Positions 54,305 to 64,000 of a stretch of DNA of 64,000 bases are shown here, one piece after another. Each line of letters begins with the position of its first letter. Positions within the stretch are counted from its first letter, which is position 1. The translations under genes and the position numbers were made by a program. This DNA is from the human T2T-CHM13v2.0 reference genome, Homo sapiens. The stretch lies in assembly GCF_009914755.1 (NCBI RefSeq), contig NC_060947.1; one strand, given 5' to 3'. The notes under the pieces are model-generated. The model was not told where the DNA came from. It was given only the letters and a program-made list of their open reading frames with translations, and did not search any database.

Positions 54305-56088
54305 CCAAGCAGTTTTATGTGATCATCTAATCCTGTTATTCTGATTTTGAAAAAGAGAGACAACTCAGCAGAGCCGTTAATGTCAAAGCTTTTGCTTATT
54401 TCAATATATTAATCTAATGGGAAATGCTCTAGAAAGTTGTAGATATTCATGTCCCTGCAAACAGTTGCATCACATCTAAGATCTTTCTCAGGGGACGAAC
54501 GTGAATTTCTTATTAAAGTATTTCCTCTTGAAACCCAGAGGGTAAAAGTTCTATATATTTGGATACATAGATTTTAAAAAGTGTTGGTATTCTCCCTTAA
54601 ACCTCACAAAAGTCCTACAGAGTAGCTACCTTTCATTACCTTATTAGAGATAAGAAAATTGAGACTTGAACATTTAGTGAGTTTTCCAAAGGCTAACAGT
54701 TCAAATTGCAGATCCAGGCCCGAAAACACTGGCAAGATTCACTTCACTCTACCCTGCTGAAGCTGTTACCCAACAGAAGGATTAGAAGATCTAACCCCAC
54801 CCAAATGATTTCTTAGCTTCCTTCTCAGAGGTAAGTATGGAGAGTAACACTCAAGTTGATTAGGAAATTTAAGATGCGCTTTATGTAATTTTCCTTTGGA
54901 AGGCTACCTTTTCCCAGCCTCACAAACATGAGAAGATTATTTGATAGGTTATGCTGGGTGAATATGGGACTTGTGTCTGAAATGGCTTTGTTCCTTTCTC
55001 AGAAGGTAACATAGTGCATTGCATGAAATAGACATTTGATAATACAGGTTATGTGGACAAATTTTTGTAGCTGAACCTCTATTTACAGGATGTGTTGACG
55101 ATTGTTGAGTGTCCTTCTATGGACTCCTAGCTGTACAGTGCTAACAAATAAAATTTGTCCATCTAATCCATTTAGTTTAGCAAGTGATCAATGGAATGAA
55201 AAAAGTCAAACTGATTGACTAATTTTACTAAGTAACCAAACTACTTCTCTTTTCAGTTCAGCAACCTGTCAGTTCACTTTAACCCTTTGGCTCCTGAGTG
55301 ATGCAGACATGAGTCTCTGCTCTACAGACAAGGACTTAGTCTAATAGCCCACTCCGCTTTAGGGCCCAGGCTTGCGATGGAAAAACAGCAATTTGCCCTC
55401 CTTCGGACATTTTGATAAATCATAAACATATTCATCCCCAAACCTCGAAATTATTGCTGGAATTTTTTTTAAGCTAGCAACACAAAATTCGAGTTCTACA
55501 TTCATCAAATTCAAGGCACAAAACCTCATAGAATTATAAAGTCCACCCAATCAATGGAATTCAGAGCTAAGAATTCAGCCACTAAATGGCATGATTGCTG
55601 TAATTAGTCGAATGGTATAATTATAGTAAACACATGATAAGTTGCCACTGAAGCACATAATTGCACAGTATAATGGTATTATTATGATTTCTGATGATAT
55701 AATATGATTTGGATGTATAACAAATTCCCATAACAATATTAAAACATTTTTCATTTGTGCATTTTCTTAGTACCTGATTTGGATTTTTTACATTATGGGA
55801 GTTTAAGTCAAAGACAGGAAATCAGACCACGTTTTCAACGAAAGAAAAAGAAGTTATTATTCAACATAATACCTTGTTGAGAATGTGGTTAGAAAGAGAT
55901 AAAGGACTTAAAGTATGAAGTCAGTCATTAGGATAACCCTAAACAGGTATTATGGTTATAATTCAAGAAAACACCTTTACAAACATGAATGTTATTTCAT
56001 ATCTATTCTATGTTCCAGGAATTAATCATTTTACTTTGAGGTTACCATGAAAATAAGCTTTCCCAGGTCACAACACTGTCCACACTAT

Positions 56089-56396
<308 letters not shown>

Positions 56397-56931
56397 TATC
56401 TTTGGTTTTAACTTCCCTAGGAGAAGACAATGTTTTCAAGCCATGTGCACATTGGTTATATATGTATTGTTGTCCCAAATTCTTTTTAGATGTAGATTTT
56501 GTATGATCAAAAACATTTTTATTTCATAGAATTTGGGAATTGGAAGAATTCTTAGAGAGTTGAGATGCATAGTTCAGGAATTCATGGACTTATTTCATTG
56601 AAGGTGCTAGGTGTATAAGTGGAAGTACATTCTTCTTGGAAAGGGATTTTTATCATGGTCATTAGTGGAGCTGTGAAGCCAGAAAGGTCTACCTGGGAGA
56701 TTCTACCATCCGTCTCTACTGGGGCTGAAATCTTCTCCACAAATGCCCATCAGGTCTTTATTCCACTTCAGCTTCAACCTTCATAGTAAGGAGGCTCTAA
56801 CTAATCTGTACAGTAGAAACCATGAGTTCTCTGCCTACCAACCTGCTAATACAGTTTAACTTTCTTTTTTAAACAATGAAGCATAATGTTTCTTTCTATT
56901 AAGGCTACAGTTCACAAAACCTCCTAGCCAC

Positions 56932-57139
56932 ACATTGTTTAACAGAACTTCCCATGATAATGGAAAATTCTCTACCTGCACTGTTCAGTGAAGTAGCCAC
57001 TAGCCATATGTGGCTGTGGAGCACTTGAAATGTGGATGATGCATCTTAGGGACTGAATCTTTTATTTAACTTAATGGTAATTAATTTATATTTAAATTTA
57101 AATAACCATAAGGGTGGTTACCATATTGAACAGCACAGC
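56932..57139. mobile_element. MER3 (hAT-Charlie MITE)
   Basis: gtagccactagccatatgtggctgtggagcacttgaaatgtgg...aaatttaaataacca...taccatattgaacagcacag. Confidence 0.88.
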
Positions 57140-58468
57140 CCTGCACATTGTTTTTCTAGGCAGGTTCCTCTTCAACACTATTTTACTCACTTATGGCACT
57201 GTACATTACATTTTATCAATTTACACATGCAGTATTATATTATCACCTAAGCAAATATACAGCATTAAGCATCATAAAAGTTCAATAAATATTAATGGTT
57301 ATCAATAAATGGAATCATTACAGACAATGAAATAGCACGACAAAATATAAGAGGTAATTAGAATCAGTCTTGCTTTTATTGACAAAGACAGTCCATGGAA
57401 CTGGGAGCCATGATCACATCATGGTATAGGTTTTCACGATTTCCAATTATTTTGATGAATTTCACACTTGATATTTATCTAAAGTTAATTCAAGATTTTC
57501 TTATTTGAACTTTCCCTGCCATGAATATTGATGGGTTTTACTGTAGTGTGAATTTCCAAGTGTCTTTCTTTTCTTGTACCCTGAAGATTCAGATTTTAGG
57601 ATGCATTGTTTATTGCTTAATTTCATTGCACCTCTAGAGAAAGGAGGAGAGATCATTTCATCCTAAAGCTTGCTATGAGAAAGATAAGACACAGAATACA
57701 GAATCACAAAGGAATTAAGAATTCCATCCTGCTAGAAAGTAAAGTCCATGAACTGGGAACTCAATTATTATTTTGAATAACAGTTCAAAATTTGCATAAG
57801 AAATGTATATTTTGAATGCATTTTTTCCCATAAAAACTGCTCTTGACTTAGAGATACAAGAATTAACTAAAACGCAGATCCTGCCCCACGTAAGACCAGG
57901 CAGGAGAGGTGCTCAGAGCTGGAGCTTAGAGTTAATGACAGGGAGCTAATCTCTGTCCCAAGAGCAATAGGAACCAACAGTAAGACTATCAAGGACAGGG
58001 TGGGGAAGTGGAGGTAGAACATGACTCACTTGGCATGTTGAAAATGATCTTTCTAGCTATATGGGGACAGGGACTGGAGGGCCAAACGTTTTCATGCTTT
58101 CTGCTCATTGTCCAGGCGGGAAGGAACTGCACATTGCCCCAGAGAGATCAGAGCGCAGATGAAAGACTTGGTTGTACTTGAGGAATATTCAGAAGTTGGC
58201 AGGGCTTGGAGAAGGAATGTGAGTAACGAGGAAGATGCTCACCACGGATGCCGCCAGGTTTCTGGTGTGAACTGTGCTGTGGAGCTGCCACTCGCTGTGA
58301 GCAGAGCCGTTGGCATTCTCAACAGGGCAGAGATGAGTGTTCAAGGGAGCTGGAAGTTGCAGAACCAAGCCAGCGCTGGAGAACCAAGTGTTCATTGTTG
58401 TGGAGTAAAGCAATCTTTCCAGAATCACAAAGGTGTCAAAAATACAGGAAGAGCTTCGTTTAGTTTTG

Positions 58469-58470
<2 letters not shown>

Positions 58471-58512
<42 letters not shown>
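58471..58512. repeat. (TG)n microsatellite
   Basis: Directly visible. Confidence 0.97.
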
Positions 58513-58514
<2 letters not shown>

Positions 58515-58882
58515 TAAACACAAGATACACGATAAATCCTAATCATTCATTTTCTGCTTTTTGGGGGTTTGTTCAGTTTGCTGATGGCACTTAGCCTGTG
58601 CCTCTCTCTGAGAAACTACGTTGTCCATGGCTTACACAATTATCAAGTTCACGATAGAAGCTGCCTGGCGGACATGCCTCCAACTGTGTCCCATGGCATA
58701 CAGCGAGTGCTTCGCAAATGCTCCCAGCTGAACATAAGCAATGCCCCCACAGACTCTACAATCTCTGTTGCCTTGTAATGAAAACAGCACACAACTGCAT
58801 TCCCTGGGTTCCAAGTGTTTTGCTTTTTCATAGAGGATGTCCTCAATCCCTCACCCTGAGCCAGGTCAATGTGACTTGACCA

Positions 58883-59325
58883 TGTGGATGAGCTTCTTAG
58901 GACTGCCGTAACAAAGAGCCACAAATTGGGTGGCTTCAAACAACAGAAATGTATTGTCTTGTAGTTCTGGAGGCTAGGAGTCCAAAATTAAGGTGTCAGT
59001 GGGACCACATTGCCTCTGAAAGCCTTGAGGAAGCCTCCTTCCTTGCCTCTTTCAACTCCTGGAAGTGACCATCAATATTTGGCATCCCTTGGCTTGAAAC
59101 TGCTTTGATTCACACTCTACCTCCACTGTCCATGGCATTCTCCCTTTGTGTCTCTGTGGCTAAATGACCCTCATCAATTACATACACCAGTCATTGGATT
59201 ACAGCCCATTTTAATTACCTCATCTTAGCATGACGGTGTCTGCAAAGAGGCTCATTCTAAATAAGACACATGCACCAGGGGTTAGGACCTGAACATTGCT
59301 TTTTGGGAGACACAATTCCATACCG
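58883..59325 (-). mobile_element. MLT1 LTR (MLT1A-C-like)
   Basis: tagg.ctgccgtaacaaa..ccacaaattgggtggctt.aaacaacagaaatgtatt...ttctggaggctaggagtccaaaat.aaggtgtcag...gacacaattc. Confidence 0.88.
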
Positions 59326-60166
59326 TGCATTAAAATTTTCTAACTGGAGTATTTGTGGATATTTCCCATCTACTGTCTTCCCTATAAGTCTTGGTATGAA
59401 AGAAAGAAAAATAGGGAGACATATTCAGCCTAATTCTGGCCACCTCTAGTGCTTTGTCCATGATTTCATCAGCACTTACCTGATTATAACAATTATTTGA
59501 TTATGTGTCTGCCCCCACCCCTGTCTTGGAAATGAGATCTTTCAGGACACGGGTCAGTAAATAAGACCTGTGTGTCATTTATTACATAAGACATGTAAGA
59601 CATAGGTCTTATTCTAGCTTAGTGCCTAATACCTGTCACACTGAGGGACCTCAGTAAGCATTTGTCAAATGAGAGAAGGAGAGAGAAGAGGAGAGAAGAA
59701 GGGAAAGGAACTTGAGTGATTTTCTGGTTTCATGTCGAGTCTTCAGTCTTAACCAGATTAACTCACCTTCCTCATCAGCCCTTTCTAATTGCCTCCATTA
59801 ATTTCCCTCACTAGCCTTGCAAAGATTGAAACTCATTATCAGACATTACTGAGAAGCCATGAAGGGAGTGATAAAGAGTAATGGTTTAGATATTAATCTG
59901 GCTCAAATCTGCAGATAAGACAGATTAACTTTGGGGGACTCTTTCAGGACCCATGATGCTGTGGACTGCTAATAAAGATTTCTGCGGTGGGAGTTTCTGT
60001 GCTGTTACCATGGTCAGGAGCTTTGCTTTATGTAGAACTGCCAGTGTTAGGTGTCACTCAAAAGTATTGTAATTTAGATTCAATTACCTAAATATTGTAT
60101 CCCAAAAATGTCCTCACTTGCAGTAAAGGATTCTGTTTGGACACTCTCCATAACCCATTCACTTCC

Positions 60167-60730
60167 TGTATTAGTTATCTACATAGCACAAATTTAGCAC
60201 CTTAAAACGACACACACTCATTACTTCCCAGTTTCTGTAAGTGATAAGCCTGGGCACAGTTAGCTGGGTCCTCTTTTCCAGCTTTCTCAGAAGGCTGCAA
60301 TTAAGGAGTCAGCCAGAGCTAGGGTCTCAACTAATGTTCAACTGGGGAAGGATCTGCTTCCAAGATCACATGGTGGTTGGAAGAATTCAGTTCCTTGTGG
60401 GTATAGTACTGAGGGCTTCCTTTTCTTGTCAGCTGTTGGCCAGAAACCACTCTCAACTCCTATGGGCTGCCCCTAGCTTCTGGCCACCCAAGCCCCCCAG
60501 CATGGCTACTCACTTTATCAAAGCCAGCAGGTGGGAGAATCTCTTCCCAAGGTGGAGGTCAGAGTCCAGTGTAATGCAACCATGGCAATGACAAACACCA
60601 ACCTTGCCATATTCTATTGGTTAGACACAAGTCACAGGTTCCATCCACACTCCTGGGAGAGGGGATTCCACAGGGTGTGAGCACCAGGAGCAGAGATCAC
60701 TAGGGCCATCCTAAGAGTCTCCACTATACC
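60167..60730 (-). mobile_element. MLT1 LTR (MLT1E/F-like)
   Basis: tgtattagttatct...ggaaggatctgcttccaag...ccttgccatattctattggttaga...gggccatcctaagagtct. Confidence 0.85.
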
Positions 60731-60878
60731 TACTGACCTAGACGAGGCTTCCTCATTAAAACCGGAGTCAGGCAGGCTTTTATGGATATCATGTTGCCAG
60801 GATATATACATGGCTAATGTCATGTAAGTATCCAGACATCTTTATTGGTTGTTACAGACTGAATGTCTGTGTCCCCCT

Positions 60879-61158
60879 TGTTCTGCAGTGAGCAGAACAT
60901 GAAAACCTACCTACAAGTCTGAGGGAGCTGAGAGGCGGAAGAAAGAGGCTGACATATCCATTTTCTCTGAAAGGAACATTTAATAGGGGCTTAGGAACAG
61001 AAGCCATGTCTCAGGTGGCCACAAGAGGAGATGGTGAATCCCAGGCCATTACCGCTGAGACCCAGGGCTTCTATATCATAGAGAAGGAATGTGTAGGACA
61101 ATTGGAGTCAACTCCTCAGGGAAAGGCAAGAAGGCTATGTGAGTCTGCCTATCAGTCT
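60879..61158 (-). mobile_element. Truncated ERV1-type LTR (MER50-like; family uncertain)
   Basis: aaacctacc...gggagctgagagg..gaagaaagaggctgaca.atcca.tttctc..aaag.aacatttaatagggg. Confidence 0.6.
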
Positions 61159-61160
61159 GT

Positions 61161-61214
61161 CATTCCAGCCTGGTGACAGAGTGAGACCCTGTCTTAAAAA
61201 AAAAAAAAAAAAAA
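61161..61214 (+). mobile_element. Terminal ~35 nt of an Alu plus poly(A)
   Basis: cattccagcctggtgacagagtgagaccctgtct followed by an A run. Confidence 0.9.
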
Positions 61215-62027
61215 GACATTTTCAATTGTCAAATAAAGAAAGCAAATTTGTATAACTTAAACCAAAATAAGGGACTTCCTTTTCTAGAGACCACTTTTGG
61301 TAAAAATCATCTACGTATTCTGGATAAATGTATTTTTAAATATCATTAGAATAAATTCTGCATGAGAATAAACTAAGGGGGGCCACTGGAGGCCAGGAAC
61401 AACAAGAGAGCGTCACCAGGGAAACGTAAGCCAGGCTGGAGCCAGAGTCACTGAGAACCGCTGCTGCATCCTGCTGGCCTTAAGCCAGTGTTCTCAGTAC
61501 CCAGAATATGATGGCAAAGCTGTGACCAAGCTGGGAGGAAAATCGGTTTTGAGACTTCTGCATAAAACTTGAGCCTCTAAGGACAGGAACCTGAGGGAGG
61601 AAAACATGCAGAGGAGGGTGATAAGTGTGTTTGTCTGACCTGGCTTTAGTGGAGTGAGGGAAAGCAGGAAATAGTCTCCCAAAATTCCTGAACCTTAAAT
61701 TCTCATTTGTACACTTTCAGATTTGAAGACACATTATTGGTGAAGCCTATAAAACCTTAAGCCAACATTTTAATTAATAGTGTCCTGTGTTTTTAATTCT
61801 TTACTTGCCTTACAAAAGTATGTGCAGAAAATTATTGCATGTCATTTTTTGATAATTATTATGTGCTATGTATATGTGGTTAAATAGCCTTTATTGCTGG
61901 TGCATAGAAATGAAATTTCTACATATTGTTCTTCTTTTTTGACACTCTGCTGAAGTGTCTTATTCATTTTAATATTTTCTTGGACTCTCTAGTTTTTCCT
62001 GTATAGATAATTTATCATTTACGAATA

Positions 62028-62370
62028 CAGTCATGCACCACATAATGACGTTTCAGTCAACAATGGACCACATATACAGCGGTGGTTCCATAAGATTTAA
62101 AAATTATATATTTACTATACCTTCTCTATGTTTTAGACACGTTTAGATACATAATACTTATCACTGTGTTACAATTGCCAACAGTATTCAATATAGTCAC
62201 ATGCTGTCCAGGTTTGCAGCCTAGGAGTAATAGGCTCTACTATCCAGCATAGGTGCATAGTAGGGTATACTGTCTAGATTTGCGTCAGTCACTCTGTGAT
62301 GTTCCCACAATGATGAAATCACCACCTAGCAATGTATTTCTTAGAACATATCCCTATCATTAAGTGACAG
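62028..62370. mobile_element. Tigger3-derived (MER7-type) element
   Basis: cagtcatgcaccacataatgacgtttcagtcaacaatggaccacatatac...ggtttgcagcctaggagtaataggct...tatcattaagtgac. Confidence 0.85.
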
Positions 62371-63169
62371 TTGTTTGTTTCTTTCCATCTTTTAGATTTT
62401 ATTTTTTTCTCTTTATTTTTCTGCTGGCTATGACAGATACCAGATACTATAGTGTGGTAGACATGGTAGCAGGCTTCTTTTTTACCCCTCGTGATTTGAA
62501 AGGAAGATTCTTCGAGTTTGACTTTTGCTACAAACCTTTTAAAGCTATTTATCAACTTAAGGATAGTCTACTCTATTCCTAGCTTTTTCAGAGGATGTTT
62601 TTTAAGATCATAGATTAACATTATTAATTTTTTCTGCATTTGTTGATAGATGTATATAGGGTTTCCTCCATAAGTCTATTAATGAAGCCAATTAAATGGA
62701 TAGATATTCTTACCTTGAATAAAAGAATTATCCCATAACCATTAATGGTTAAAAATCTTCCCACAAAGAAACGGTAGTCACAACAATTAATAGATGACTT
62801 TCTCTAACTATTTAAAGAACAAATATTTCAATCTTATAAAATACCTTTTAGGGAAAAATAAGGACAACACACTAACAAACTACATCAGGCTAAGATAACC
62901 TTGGTACCTAAAGCAAACAAAAATATTGAAAAAATTAGCATCTATGAGCCCATTTATATGAAATATCAAGAATAGATAAATCCACAGAGATAGCAAAATA
63001 ATGGTTGCCAGGCATTGAGAAGATAGTGACTGCTAATGGGTATAAGACTTCTTTTGGGGGTGATGAAAATGCTCTAAAATTGATTAGAGTAAGGCCTGAA
63101 TAACTGTGAATACACTAACAACTATTGCATTGTATACTTTATTTTTACAAGTTATTATTTTTTATCATT

Positions 63170-63324
63170 ACTTTTTAGGGACAGGGTCTCATTCTGTCCC
63201 CCAGGTTGGAGTGTGGTGATGGAATGATAACTTACTGTGACATTGAACTCCTGGCCTTAAGCAAATCTCCTGCCATGGGCTCCCAAAGCACTAGGATTAC
63301 AGATGCAAGCCACTGTGCTTGGCT
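63170..63324 (-). mobile_element. AluJ, internally deleted
   Basis: gacagggtctcattctgtc...gaactcctggcc.taagc...cccaaagcactaggattacag. Confidence 0.85.
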
Positions 63325-64000
63325 ACCTTGTACACTTTAAATGGACGACTAATGTTGTATATGGGTAATATCTCAATAAAACTGCTTTAAAAGTGTTATC
63401 CAAAATCGCTCATGAACATAGGTGCAAAAATCTTAAATACAATATTTTAAAAACTTATCAGCAATATATAATGAAAGGTAACACATCAATATCAAAGGTG
63501 CTTCAAAGTTAGAATGTCAGTTACTCTAATCTACTCCATTAACAGATTTATGGAGGAAACCCTATATATTCTTTATCTAGAAAATTACAGACAGATGGTG
63601 AAAAACACTGAAGAACAGAATTTAGGGACAAAACAACATGTTCTTCATTAGAAAACTTAATATCATAGATCTGTCAATTCTCACCCAGTTGGTCTACAGA
63701 TTCAATGTAATTCCAATAAAAATTTTGACAGATTTTCTGAGTCATGCATGCCATACTTATTAAAAACTTACATGGATGTTTTCTTCTTTTCTTATTTTTC
63801 CTTTCCTTTCCCTTCTTTCCTCACAGAGGTAGCATGGCCAGTGCCCAAAGTATGATGATGACAATAAATACAGGCAAATATTTGCATATACACATGGAGA
63901 TCAAGTAACAAATCCTAATTGTGGAGTAGGTGACAAGGTAGTTCATGAAATAGAAGACACAAATGGCCAATAAGCCAAAGAAAAAGTGCCAAGTTTCATT

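Larger units (their letters stand above)
61780..64000. mobile_element. Old L1M ORF2-region fragments in both orientations (minus ~61780-62720; plus ~62720-64000) with nested L1MB 3' end, Alu and Tigger3
   Basis: catgaacataggtgcaaaaatcttaaa; tctacagattcaatgtaattccaataaaaat (plus); ttgctggtgcatagaaatg..atttct; ctattcctagcttt (minus). Confidence 0.75.

Noticed and set aside
58108-58542. 144-aa ORF
   Set aside because: Non-ATG start, ends in a (TG)n repeat, no recognisable domain or splice context.
59438-59455. CTCF-like sequence (ggccacctctagtgc)
   Set aside because: Spacing does not fit the core consensus well, and there is no supporting context.

Overview
This is primate (very probably human) non-coding genomic DNA: AT-rich, CpG-poor and dense in interspersed repeats (about 18 Alu copies or fragments, MIR, L1M, L2, MaLR/ERV LTRs, and hAT and Tigger DNA transposons). 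I found no intact protein-coding gene, RNA gene or prokaryotic-type system. Most ORFs in the track are Alu, LTR or microsatellite artefacts. The one gene-derived feature is a minus-strand processed pseudogene of ANAPC15 (53427-54304) with a poly(A) tail, target-site duplication (TSD), a near-C-terminal frameshift and a MIR-derived 5'UTR segment. The main structural feature is a ~2.4 kb head-to-tail tandem duplication (13539-15932 / 15933-18378) whose microsatellites have diverged. Weaker leads are a candidate 48-nt exon or recursive-splice site, transcription-factor motif clusters (paired inverted octamers; ETS + NF-kB + CRE), a rearranged old L1 with an inverted duplication, and several templated-insertion or deletion scars. 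I did not find convincing evidence of a new biological system. Repeat family names come from recalled consensus sequences, boundaries of old repeats are approximate, and both need RepeatMasker/Dfam confirmation.
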